A stretch of 64,000 nucleotides of DNA from Podarcis erhardii (taxonomy: Eukaryota). Location of the stretch: assembly GCA_964252035.1 (NCBI GenBank), contig OZ176216.1, one strand, 5' to 3'. The first letter of the stretch is position 1. Every line of letters begins with the position of its first letter. Under the pieces are notes generated by a model, which was not told the origin of the DNA, did not search any database, and worked only from the letters and a program-made list of their open reading frames with translations. The position numbers and the translations under genes were made by a program. Below are positions 1-12,501 of the stretch, piece by piece.

Positions 1-1900
1 GCAAGGTAAGTCATGAGTCAACATAATTTACAATCTGAATTTATTTGTGAGAAACATGAAGGTTTTTTCTAATGATGGTCAGTTTTGTGTTAGCAGTGAC
101 GCAAGTCTACAAGTGCTGCTTTCAGTATGTTGCCAAAGAGCCTCATGCTGTTGGAGAAGTGGTGATCTTTGCGTATTTCTGCAAGCCATCAAACTAGCAT
201 GCTGTTCAGCCCTACAGTGATTCCACATCAGGCACGATGATGTACTCTTTTATCTTGTGTAATGTAAGATGTGGAGGATAGGTTTTTGGTTTTTTTCATA
301 GTAAAGTGTGTTCGTGTAAAACAGTGAGTGAATGAATGAATTCGTTTTAAACTGTTCAGTTTAAAATGAATTCATTTTAATCTGCTTTCATTTTGAACTG
401 TTCAGAGAAGGGCTGTGGCGTGTCACTGCCATAGCACACATGTTGGAGAAGTTTTTGTGAGATGACTGCAGAACTGCAGAGTTTGTTTCCTTTTTCCGTA
501 GGGGTGTGTATCATGGGGGGAGCAGTAGACATCTAGTCTACTCTTTTTGTGAAAAGGCTATATTCCATCCCCCAAAATGTGGCTGGTCTGGTTTCTTCTG
601 CAGGCTTTAAACGAGTGGACCATAAGAGTTGATTGGGTAGCAGGTCACATCTGTGGGCAGGACGGCATGTATAGGATTCACTGCCAAAGAAAAACTCTCA
701 CTCCTCTCTGCTCTCCTTTTCCATAACCTGTATTCCATATATTGATGTCACCATGGCATGCTTTTCTTTGTTCTTAAAAGTGGAGGCAATGATGTGGATT
801 GGAGGCAGAGAAGTGGATAGCATGATGGCACTTGCATATGGGGAAGTTCTGAACTAAATAATAGAGTGGAGAACTTGACATGGGGATGGTAGTTTTGGTG
901 CCAGGCTTGTGGACTAGATAATTTATAGCTGTCCCCTGTGTGGGACCAGTCCAGTGGTAGTCTATTCCTCAGACCTTCAAACTGGTACACAAGCAGGAGG
1001 CTTCGTGTGATGCAGTGCAGTCTTGTGGCCCTCTGAGCCTGTCCAGCTTGGATAAATGTTGAGGGCATGGGCATGCACATAACTTACAGTTGCTTGTAAT
1101 TGCAAATTATATTTGTGGGATACTTGCCTTTATATTTAGACATACACACATACATCTTAGCAACCTGGTGTTGGATAAGCTGATCCTCAGAGAAATCAAA
1201 CATTTCTTACATTCTATTGATGTTATCCAACAGACCTCAGTTCAACCAAAGGTTCTTGTAGGTTATGCTGTGATTCTTTATTTTCAGTCCTGCAACAGCA
1301 GCTGTTGATAGAAGGATATGGAAGTATCTGGAAGCCAGATCAATTTCAACATCTTTAATTAAACAAAAGGTCTGAGGGTGGAGATGGGGTCAATTCTTTT
1401 GCATGTCTGCAGCTCTCATTCATTTTAATCATAAGTGGCCTTGCCACATTTGCTGGAGATGGTGTATTTTGGGTGCTGACAGATCTGTGCCATGGGATGA
1501 AGTTCTCTTGTGTAAGCCTTGTGAAGTATCAACTAGCATTCTTTTCCACAGCTTATTTGGAGAACTAGTGATAGAATGTGCTCCAAGTTAATGAGTGGTA
1601 AGGGGGTGCTATTATATTTTGCAGGCCAGCTCTTGATTCCCGTGGGGTCTGTTAAAGAGAAGGAAAGATTCACCACTATTTTTAATATTTATTTTGGGTG
1701 TGAGTATGTGAGCTTGGTACTGTACAAATTACACCCAAGATGTCCCTGCCCCCAGAGGGCTTTTAGGCTGCACTTGTGCAGCTGCCATCCTTCTCAGTGA
1801 AGTTTTACAAGGGCAAGTTCCAGAAATTGTATCCTGTATTTTTAGGGTAGCCTTTGAATGCCTTGTTTTGTGTACACCTTCCTTTCATGGTGAGGGAACT
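1..1900 (-). mobile_element. Possible highly degenerate Penelope-like retroelement RT/GIY-YIG remnant
   Basis: Minus-strand frames give fragments loosely resembling PLE RT motifs: ESFLLFNRPH (cf. ESLYTNIPH), SHGTDLSAP (cf. AMGTxMAP), NYHPHVKFS (cf. HPNIKFT). Many stops and frameshifts; motif spacing is imperfect. Confidence 0.3.
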
Positions 1901-2161
1901 TCTAAATAGTTATTTTGCCGGATTGATAGTTGTTTTGCAAAACCATTCATTTTATTTTTCAATGATAATCTTCGATTCCGGCAGGATGATGTTTACAGCC
2001 CGCTGAGCCCTTTATTAAAGGATTATGGCAGCGTTTGAATGTTTCTTCCCTAGTTATTGTCAAATCTGCCAAACTCCTCCATCTAGTTTTGAAGTTAATA
2101 ACAGTTTTGCCGCATGCATGTTTCCCTGTTTCTCGCATGCACCCTTGAGGAATCATTTTTG

Positions 2162-2180
2162 TTTTGCCATCTGGTGGCTT
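2162..2180 (-). promoter_or_regulatory. CTCF-like motif
   Basis: Minus strand reads AGCCACCAGATGGCAAAAC, matching the CCACYAGRKGGCR core. Confidence 0.5.
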
Positions 2181-2983
2181 CATGCTGAGTCTGAAAAATA
2201 GACAACCAGGCTGAGATCATCCAAGCGTTTTAGTGGGTTTTGGTGCCTCTTTGAGATTTCTCTCTGTTAGTCTCTTATAAGGCCCTTTTTCTTTTAAACC
2301 ATGCCCCTCTTAAAACATCAACAAACAACACTTGCTTTTTATTGCTATCCTAATAGCTGAATGCATCCCATATCAGCAGACCTTTTTGAAAATACCAGTT
2401 TTCAATGCTTTGTTTATAATAAGAAATAAGGCTGTCACCTGATTACTAATATTTCAGTCTATATATCTTATGAGTTTCTAATTTACCCGGGTTGATTTAT
2501 TGTGGATCTTCTTTGCCTTTCATAGATGAACACATGTGTTGTAGCAGGCTTCGTATTAGAAGAGACATCCCTCCCATGAGAGAGAAAGGAGAATATATCT
2601 TTTCAGATGTGTTTGCCACCTGCCATTTTTAGAAGTAGTTTTGTAAAATGTTTTAAAATGGGGAGCATCTTTCCAATTACTTTACACTGATTAGCCATAC
2701 TGATTGGTCAGTTTCATGTAGCTGCCCCAATAAATCCCAAACACTGCTGAGTGTGAAATTCTCCCTCCCTGTGGAGCACCCAGAAGTTCACCATTTCACC
2801 TTTATTTTAGAACTTTCCCTTTATTATATGCAAAGATTGTCAATTACAGTATGTATAGAGAAAGGGCTACTCGGCTATTATCATCACCCCCTAAAGGATT
2901 CCCCCCCCCCCAAAAAAAGGCAGCCAAATGAAGGGGATTGGAATGGAATACGAATACAAACGATATTTGAATATCTCAGAGGT

Positions 2984-3093
2984 TGAGGGTTGTTTCAAAT
3001 GCTAGTCCTACTCAGACGATATTGGACTTGACTAACAGGTCCATTAATTCATTCAGTGTAGTGTGAGTAAAACTTAATTGGATACAACCCTCA
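2984..3093. mobile_element. Short palindromic MITE-like repeat
   Basis: Imperfect ~30-bp terminal inverted repeats: tgagggttgtttcaaatgctagtcctactcaga versus tgtgagtaaaacttaattggatacaaccctca. Confidence 0.55.
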
Positions 3094-5309
3094 GTCCACA
3101 GCTCCATTAAGTATATGTAAGTCTTGCTGAAATGAGCTGGATTGTGACCTTTGAGTTGGGGCCTCTTTAGACATTCTCTTTTTATTGACTTGAATGCCAT
3201 ATCTCTGGCCTAAGATCTTCGTCAGTATTATTATTATTATTAGCTTTTGCCAGTTTGGAAGAGAAATTGACATGAAACTGAAATGCAGCTCACCATGTTG
3301 ATAAAGTAACTGGAGTAATTCTATGAACTTTAATAGGGTTGCTCAATTTATTTGAGAGCTGCGGTTTCAGATACAGCATGGGTATAGCCACAATTGTGCA
3401 AGGAATCTATGGGAAGACCAGGGATAAAACTGAGAATCCCAGATTTTACTCTGACTTCTCCACTTTTACCTCTATACTTCAACTAGAATACACAGAAGCA
3501 CTTAAAATTTGCATATATCCATACGTGTGTGTGTCTAAGTAATATACTGTAATAAAAAAGTCGCCAGCCTCTCCAAACTTGATTAAAGCTTACACTTAAA
3601 ACATCCTAAGACCTGAATGTTCTGCTTCTTTTAAAGCTGTAAGCTGCTGCTAATAAAAGGGATTGTTATTTTTCCTCACCCCACCCCTATGTAGGTAACC
3701 ACTTGCTTTCCAGAAGTCCTGTGAAAGTAACCTAGTCCTTATTTTTGGAGACTTGCAATTTATACTTTATATGGTGAGCTGTGTAATTAGTTGGGAAGAC
3801 TTATGCTTAGTCACTGGTTTATCCTAATCGGCTTTGGCTTTTCCCAACAACAAAGTGAGCTTATTTTGCTAAGCTGAAACAACTCTGCTCCCTTTGTTCC
3901 TGTCTTTTTATTGTCTCATTCCTTTCATTCTGTTTTACTGCCAAAAGTTTTGTTTCATTAGGCTTACGAGTCATTTCCAATCCAGTGGGCTGCTACAATC
4001 AGGCCTTTATATACCTCATCTGCCCTGTTTCCCATGTCCTCCTGGGTTTGTGTCAAGATGCAGCCCTTCTTTGTGAAATGTTAATTATTTTTTTAATTTT
4101 TAATTTTTTTGCTTCTAAGCTACTTTTTCACCTTACAAGTACTTGGAAGTTGCTGATCTCAAGCATTGGGATGCTATACCAGAATATTTAGGTCATACAT
4201 GCAATTTTGGGCAGAGAAAGGATAAGCCACTGCACACTAGGAATGCTAAAAGTAGCTGGAGTTTCAGGGCTGTTTAATTGTTTGTTTGTTGCTCCAGTCA
4301 TGCAGGATCTTATTGGAGAAGAGCTGTGTTCAGCTTTTGTAGCTGCAGTCTTCTGAATCGCAAGGTGTACGATATTATTTTTCACCATGTGTAAGCAAGA
4401 TGGTGGGAATGTAAAAAGTATGTTGTCGCTGCCTGAACTTTTCAGATCTGAGTGTCTGAGAAGTAGTGATGCATGTGTCAAGCCAACTTAGTACATCAAT
4501 GCACTTTTCTGTTCTCTGTGTGTAATGGTAAAAGTAGTAATAAAATAAAATATAATAAAATACCTGTGCTACATTATCTCTCTTAAAAGATCAAGGATGT
4601 TTTAAGACTCCTTAAGCATTTGTTCTTATTCTTGGACTTTGGGCATTTCTCTTGAAAAGTAGCCAGGCAAGGCATGTTAAGTTTGCTATGTGCCTGCCTT
4701 AAAAGAGAAAAAAAAAAACCCTCAAGTGGACAAGGCTTTCAGTGTCTCTCCCCCCCCCTTCCTATCCCAAAGTGAGAGATTGAAGGTGGGATGAAATTTA
4801 AAGTCTTGAGCAAAGGGTGCTTGGCCAGCAGTGCTTCAGTGTTAATTCATTATGACTACATTCCTTCAATTGCATTTTGGTGATATACCCCCATTTTGTC
4901 ATCACAGCACTATTGGGCTGGGTGATTTGCCCAAAATGAGCTTCGTGATCAAGTAGTAGGGAATTTGAACAGAAGCCTCTTCAGTCACTTTGATACACTC
5001 TCTGCCACATAGGCTCCGTTTTTCTGTGCCCCTGGGCTGCTTGAAAAACTATTGCTCGTTTGCTAGTGTAGAGCAGATCTACCTCCGTCCTCCTGGCCAT
5101 AAATAGTTGAGTAGAATGTCCCTTTCAGAGGCAGATTTTTTTCCTTACTGGGTGCAAAGAAGCATGGGATAGCCTGTTCTTTTCAGCGGAGAGGAATGGC
5201 AGTGGTTTGCTTCCTACTGAAGTCTCTACAGGTGAGGCAAATGCAGGAAGAGACTGTTGCTGTTAGGAGAAGTAGGTGTCTGATCACACCCACAGATAAG
5301 GCAGGAAAG

Positions 5310-5855
5310 GATTGATTGATTGATTGATTGATTGATTGCACTTACAGTGGTGCCTCGCAAGACGAAAAGAATCCGTTCCGCGAGTCTCTTCGTCTAGCGG
5401 TTTTTTCGTCTTGCGAAGCAAGCCCATTGACGGCTTAGCGGATTAGCGGCTTTTAGCGGCTTAGCGGATCAGCTGATAAGCAGCTTAGCGGCTTAGAAAA
5501 AAGGGGGGTGGGAAACCTGCAGGAACTCGCAAGACATTTTCATCTTGCGAAGCAAGCCCATAGGGAGGTTCGTTTTGCGAAGCGCCTCCAAAACGGAAAA
5601 CCCTTTCGTCTAGCGGGTTTCCCGTCTTGCGAGGCGTTCGTCTTGCGGGGCACCACTGTATATCTCACCTTTCCTCTAAGGAGCTCACACTGTTGTGTAT
5701 AGTTTTCCTCTTCCCCATTTTTATCTTCACAACAGCCAGGTGAGATAAGTTAGGCTGAGAATGAGACACTGGCCCACATGGCTGAGTGGGATTTGAACCC
5801 TGGTCTCTCTCAGATCCTAGTCCAACACACTAACCAGTGCATCATGCTGCCTCTC
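5310..5855 (-). mobile_element. MIR/Squam3-like tRNA-derived SINE with (GATT)n tail, interrupted by a MITE
   Basis: Minus strand has a tRNA-like head (gcagcatgatgcactggttagtgtgttggactagg...gggttcaaatccc), a MIR-like core, and a tail ggaaaggtgagata[MITE]agtgcaatcaatc. (GATT)7 lies at 5310-5338. Confidence 0.75.
5345..5658. mobile_element. Tc1/mariner (pogo/Tigger-like) MITE
   Basis: TIRs CAGTGGTGCCTCGCAAGACGAA / TTCGTCTTGCGGGGCACCACTG; TA duplication at 5343-5344 and 5659-5660; CpG-rich; internal gcttagcgg repeats. Confidence 0.9.
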
Positions 5856-8800
5856 TAAACTTTGTCCCATTAGGTCCTTCCTGGGTGCTTTGAATCTTAA
5901 ACAGAAAAGAAACAAAGGATTAAACTTGCTGTTTCTTTAGGTGTGCCTGAGCATAGCTTGGGTTTTATGTTGCAAGAATAGTAGAGTGAATGCCAAAGTG
6001 TGCTGTAATCTCCAAAGAAAATAAAGATGTACTAGCCTGTTGTTAATGTTTTTAATACATCACACATTTGAATAAAAAGCAAGGAGCCAGCAATGGCCTG
6101 TTTAACCCAGCAAATGCGCTTGTGTGTTTTCAAATTGTATATATGTGCAATCCGCAAGAATCCCGGGTGTTGAGGAATGTCCCAAAAGAGTGATAGAAGT
6201 CACACTAGTTGCTTTTTTTCAAGTCCTTCTCTTTTGACAGCTGTGGAAATATCACCCCGTCCAGACAGGAGATCTCTGCCTCTTTTGGCATGGATACCTG
6301 GGTGTGAACAAGTTAATGATCCATTGGAGTATTAAACACTCCAAGGTTTATTTTTCCCTGAGGCCCCAAGGGCCTCTGAAGATGTCATGATAATAGGATT
6401 GTTAGCATGAGAAAAGGCAATATTCTCTCCATGGGTTCATTTTAGGGGGATTTGGCAGTGCAACCTCCTAACCTTGGCTTCAGCCTGATGCCAGTTGGTG
6501 AGAAGGGTTGTGATCCTCCTAGCAGTGAAGGGTTATTTATTCTAGCATGGGCAGGCAGATGGAATGGCACATTTCCTCTGCTACACATTGAAATGTAGAT
6601 TCTTTTAGTAAGTAGGGTACACTGAAGCTTTTTTATTATTATTGTTCCTCTATTCAGAAATCTCTCTTTTTTTAAAAAAAAATTGACTACTTGTTAGCCA
6701 GTTACAATTTTCAGTGCTGCATTTCAAGACACTATATTTGTAAATTAGTTGCATTCAGAGTAATAGAAGGTCAGGTCTTGACTTAATCTGAATTTGTAAT
6801 AATCAAGAGTACCCAAAAGATTTTAATATGCATTGGAGAAAATATGTTGGTGCATTTTTGCATGGCTGTTGCTAATCTCCCCTGTGCCTACAGAAGCCGG
6901 CTGGAGACAAAAACTTGCATCTCATTTTATTGTCCTACTTTGACTCTGGTTGTATATTGTCCAGTTAACTTTGAAAAGAAACCCATTTTGAAAGAAAATT
7001 ATTCCAGTCTACTTTAGAAGGCAGTATTTACATATTACCTTTAAGGAATGGTTTATAACCATTTTCGCCATCACCTCCCAAATGCTTGTCCTCCTCTGGT
7101 GGATCTTTTTAACCGGTATGAGAGGCATATTGGGATATGGGAACATAACCAGGGATGTGCCCAAGAGTGGCAGTAAGATCATGGTGGGCGAATCCAGTCT
7201 ATTTCGAAGCTTGGACAGAATCAAGAGAGCTTCCTTACACTAGTAGGTCAGATGAGATGATGTGGCACTCCTTAATCCCTGAAAAAAAGCTTCATGGGTC
7301 TGAGCAACTAGGAGTCCTGTTCATTTTGGCTACTGGCTACCTTTGCCATGCTTAGCCCTGAAATTCACATGAGCCAGATGGGGCAAAAGTAACTTTGCAT
7401 GGTGCTGCAAGATGTCCAGACCAGAACTCCAGAGTTGAAGGCACTAAAATAGAATGTGATACATCCTGCTTTGAACTTTTTCAAGAAATAAGACTTTTTT
7501 TAAGGGCAAGAGGGGAAGGAAGACTCTTGTCAAATAATGCATTGTGTTGGATAATGACACAAAACATTGTTGTCACCGTACCAAAAAAATGTTAACATCC
7601 TGAGTAAAGTGCTTGTTACTGTTTTTTGGTTTTTTTTAAGCAGACCATTTTTGGGTCTGAATACTCAGAAGAGCTGGAAAGCATTTAGAATATCCCTGAG
7701 AGATGAGTGTTCCTTGGCTGTAAGGAGAGGGGTGTGGATAAAAAGCACTGTACTGCGGGAAATGGGTATAATGACACTTTTTCCTACATGCAAGCAAATG
7801 GCCATAAATCGGTCACTTATGACCTGTTCAAGTGCCTTTATATATACAGTCAATGCTATTGTCTAAGGCTAGAAGGCTTTTAGGCAATTGCAAACATTAT
7901 CTCCTCTCTGGTAGACCTAGGATGTAGTGCATCAGCCACTTGGCTCCATTTGGGGGACCAGCCAGTCTCTCTGGCAATTTTCATTCCCCTTTTGAGCATT
8001 TGTTGTTTTTTTTGTCTCTGTCTCTTCAGTGGCTTTATGATAAGACTGCTAGGAAATGTGTCACAGCAGCACACACCACCCTCATGAGGGATTGTAAGAG
8101 AAAAGCCATGCCTAGCTAACTCTGAAGGCTCCAGTCTTGGTCACTGGGTTTCCTTCCCCAAATCTGTCAGAACAAGAAAGGCACTAACAGCCAAGAAAAC
8201 CTAAGCTGCCAACATTGATGCTGTGATGCAAGCCTTTCCTCTCTTTTATTTCTCCCTTCTGTCTTAGCATGCCTAGGGATTTCACATTTCTCAGTGGGAT
8301 GTGAGAGAGGCACACAGCATATACACAGTACATACAGACCTGCAGAAAAATAGTGGGTTTGCCAAAGTTGCCACAAAATTTAGAGGTGGCAGGGGGAGGA
8401 GAGAGGACTGTCGGCTAGCAGAGCAGATGCCCTGCCACTGAGCATGTGCAGAGAGGAACAGCAGCAACCTCCTCTTGCCTCTCTTTCTGGGCAGTAGTGA
8501 GAGGTTGGAGAGAGAATGGCCAGTGTGAACAGTGGCAAGTATGGGGGCCCACATTTAAGGGGGATACACAAGCCCCCCATCCCAATTCTGGAACTCCACA
8601 CTGCTATTACCTGTGCTAATAATCATGACAGAAATGCAGGCATACCTATAATTTGCATGCTTTAAAAAAATCATGATTAATTGTATGCTGATAGGATCAT
8701 TCATATGAAAAGGGAGACAAGGATAAAGTAGCTCAGGTAGAAAACCGATCAGGGTAATCTAAAGAGAAGGTGGATTAGCTTTCTCTTAATCTGAAACAAG

Positions 8801-9142
8801 TCTGCAATGCACACAGTCATTGCTGGAGTGGCCCAGTCAGTGCATGTGGCCTTTCCTGAAGTTGCATTTGCGCTTAATAGCAGTTAACGGTGCCGGTAGA
8901 TTCAAATTACTTTTGGACATGTCTTTTTTGGTTTTTGAAAGAGAGTTTTGTTCGGGAGGTGGAGTTTTGGCATATTTTATAGGCCTAAAATTCACATATC
9001 CTTTTCCTGGAAGTTGTGGATGTCTTAACACTTCTTTCCTAACTCCATGCTGAAAGAGAGGCAGGCAAGAAATGTTTGGGTTCATATAGTGAGGTATAAG
9101 GGGACTGTGCCCCCCCCCTAGATGCTGCTGGACTATAACAGT

Positions 9143-9934
9143 ATTATCTGGACCCATTTCTGTCTGGTTTCAGGACTGGTCATGGCCCTGAAATGGTTTT
9201 GGTTGCCATGCTTGACATTTTTGTTGACCTTTCCATGTCCTTTTATCCATTGACCACTCTCTTCTTTGGGAGTGGCTTCAGGAAGTAGATAGTGAGTCCT
9301 GCGTGCTATATTTTACATCTGTTTGAAGCTGCTGGGAGCGATCCTCATGAGTTTTAGAACAAAATGGGACACCAGATTCTGTCTCTCTGTTCCATCCATC
9401 TGTTTGAAGCTGCTGGGAGCGATCCTCATGAGTTTTAGAACAAAATGGGACACCAGATTCTGTCTCTCTGTTCCATCCAGGAGAAGTGTTGGAGGTGGTG
9501 ATGAGCTGGATGTGGGCCAATAAATAGAAGCGGAATCCTGATAAGGCAGGGATGTTACATGTCCTGAGTGCTCTTGACTAAGACTTGACAAAGAACTTGA
9601 GAGATGACTGGTTCTGTGCAGGGTTGCAGTCCCCAGGAGGAGCAAGTCTGTGGTCTGGACTACTCATGGATCCAACATTATTACTGGAGGCTCTGATGTC
9701 TTTAGTGGCTACGAGTGCCTATTTCCAGCTCTGGCCACTTTTGGGCAGAGATAGTTTGGACACTATGCTCCATGCACTCCTAGCTCCCATATTGGATTAT
9801 TGCAGTGCACTCTTGGTGGGGCTGCACTTGAAAACAACTGAGAAGCATCAACTGATCAAAAATGCAACAGCCAGATTACTGGCTGGGATTTCATTTAGAA
9901 CTCATATAACCCTCATTTTAAGAAGTTTCACTGG
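9143..9934 (+). mobile_element. L2 (CR1-group) LINE reverse-transcriptase fragment, degenerate
   Basis: Translates with frameshifts to YLDPFLSGF/RTGHGPEMVLVAMLD, ICLKLLGAIL (cf. IYMKPLG) and LDYCSALLVGLHLKT...LIKNATARLL...HITLIL, the typical L2 RT C-terminus. Confidence 0.85.
9316..9477 (+). repeat. Exact 81-bp tandem duplication (2 copies)
   Basis: 9316-9396 and 9397-9477 are identical; unit starts catctgtttgaagctgctggg. Confidence 0.95.
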
Positions 9935-12501
9935 TATGTTGTGTGAAGAAATACTGCCTTTTGTCTGCAGCTACTACTATCAGTCAGTTTGTATTCCTTA
10001 GGGTTCCCAGATGCATATTTACTCTCAGGCAGGGAAAGGGCTGCTTTCCCTTAAACCCCCTCCCCTACGAGGTGTATTGCCTTGAAATAAAACAGTTTTG
10101 GGGTATGGTTACGGCATACTAGTATTTAGCTTTTTAGGGAAGCTAAATGTGCTCTTCATACAAAGCAACATTACAGTTTTGTTGCTGTGTATTTTCCACC
10201 CAGATCTAGGATGTGGTGGCAGCCTGTTTGATGATGAACCAGGCTGTTTCAGAGTTCTAACTACACTGTGAAAATGCTGGCTCCAATATCTCTGTATGTA
10301 TATCTAAATGGAATTGTGTTGGCATCTTCAGTTAACTGATCGAAGATCCTAGAGTTTTAGCCTGAAAGTTGCTTACCTTGTGCTTATTTAAAGTATGGCG
10401 CGTTGTCTTGTTTTCACAAGCTGAAGATTTGCAATAGGTTATTTTACAGTCTGCTTGATGCCTGAAAGAAATGTTCCACAGGTGAAACAATAAGAGAAGC
10501 GAAAAATCTATTCCCGCTAGCAGGGCTTTGATTTCAAAGCTGCACTAGCACAGTGAAGATCATGATTTTGTGTCAAACATGATGTTTATTTCAAAATAGA
10601 CCTTGTAAGCCCCTTGATCTTGGGATGAGCTGTAGCTGATAGGGTTGTATTCCTTGCCAGAGGCGAACACTTAATTTTCTCAATAGCATGTAGTGGAATC
10701 AGCTTAAGGGTTAAGTGTTCTTTCCTTTTTTTATTTTTTAAGGTACCCAACGTAAAGTAAAAAAGGACATGCGCCCTTTGCTATTGACTGTCTTGTTATT
10801 AATTGCTGATAAGATCACAGTGGGCATGATTCACCAGTGACTTCTTCTAGGGAGGCCACTGGAATTTTTTCTCAGGCAAAATGTGAAGCAAATTTGAGGG
10901 TCCTCATTGGGTGAAACATCTGCAGGAGTTCAGAAGGCACACTCCAAACGCTTGTGATATTTCATTGTAGTATTGACTGTGTAATTACTACACAAAGAAC
11001 AACATAAGCTACAGAAGCCAGGTTTTACCATCTATGTTATGACTAAAATCCACTTTAAAGAGTAGATTTAGGTAATTTGGAGCTTCCATCTCTGTCTGGA
11101 TAACATCTGAGAAATATTAATTCTTTCAGCTTCCCTAGATAAGCCTAGAGTTCTTGGGCTCAAGTGGGAGGAGGTATTGCCTCCCGACTGAACCCTATTG
11201 AATCTTATTTAAAAATAGGAAGGTTTTGAACAATTGGAAAGTACACACTGAATTTTCTTCATAAGCACACACTTTCCCCACTGTACAGAGGGGTCAACTA
11301 CTTCCTTGTTTTCCAGAATGGACCCCCCCAAAGGGCAGTGAAAACTTAAGTCCTCCACCCTCCACAGCAGGTGCCTGTCGTCCATCTGAAGATAGCTGCC
11401 AACATCTGGTGCAATTGCCTCTCCAAAAGCTGTAACAAGGGGGCCTGCAGTTCAAATGCAGCGAGAGCATCGCCTCCTTAATGATAACAAGCTGTTGGCT
11501 TCCCCTCGGAGATGAATTCATCTCACAGATGTTTGCTTAGTTTTGGCAATCTTATCACTTGTAGCTTTGGTGATTATGCTCAACTGGAGACTATTACTAT
11601 AAAAGAATAGTTTGAACTTACTCCATTTCTACGCTTTTTTGTTGTATTGTTTGCTTCCGAAATATAATTTATATCAAAAACGGTAATGTTGATCCCATTA
11701 GCCAAGTACCCTTTAAGACATCTGCAGGCCAGTAGCTTCTCGACAGTAAGCGCTGGTGAATGTCTTTCATCCATGCTGACATTTTTAATGTTCCCTCTTC
11801 AGCAATTCTGTGGTTTCAACCCTTTGTTTAACACTACTTTCTAAGCAATTACTTCCAGCTCCTCCTGCGAATGATCCTTATGACCCATGGTTATATATGT
11901 GTATGTTTTTGCAACCTGTGAATCACAAAGGATGCTCTGGCATCATCCTTAGGACAAGAAGGCTATTTGTGATGTTGGTAATGGTTATAAAGAACACACG
12001 CAGCTCTCTTAACATCAGAAGTTGCTTTGTTTTTCATATTGTTTGAAAACCGAGATAGCAATTTGGTGCCACCTAATAGGCCCTGTTCAGTAATCTTGCA
12101 ACGCTTCACTTTTGAATCTTGCTTTTCAGGGCTCCCCCTCCTACCCCCCCCCCCCACTTCAGTGCAGGCTTTTTGTTCAAGTGCCTGGGTTTTAACTCTA
12201 GTAAACAGGACCTATTTTTGGAAGCTTGTTTATGGGCCTCGGGTGACTCAGATGCGGCTGAAGAATGTGTCACTGATGGCGAGGTCACCATACATGTAAT
12301 TTCTTGGCCCATAAATAGATATTGATCCAAAGAGCTGGTGACACCATTTTTGCATTGTAATACATTAGGGAGGGAGAACTGCAGGCCACGGGCTTGTCCC
12401 CTGTCGCCCTTCATGTTTCTGCCTGGCCCCTCGCAAACCCCCCAAAAGCCTCAATCAATTTGGTGTAGTGCCATCCCTGCTGTCAGCTGCAGGAAGAGGT
12501 G

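Noticed and set aside
4406-4423. ggaatgtaaaaagtatgt resembles mature miR-1/206
   Set aside because: It has a one-base deletion and there is no complementary 5' arm upstream to form a precursor.
6241-6301. Possible exon after a strong acceptor (cttctcttttgacag)
   Set aside because: No convincing donor and no recognisable peptide in any frame.
9316-9477. Direct repeat as a CRISPR-like array
   Set aside because: Only two abutting units, no spacers, in vertebrate DNA.
9585-10001. 138-aa ORF as a host gene
   Set aside because: It is the C-terminal part of a decayed L2 reverse transcriptase (LDYCSALL...NATARLL).
11580-11774. Minus-strand ORF ending near a GTAAGT donor
   Set aside because: No acceptable acceptor upstream and no recognisable peptide; more likely non-coding.
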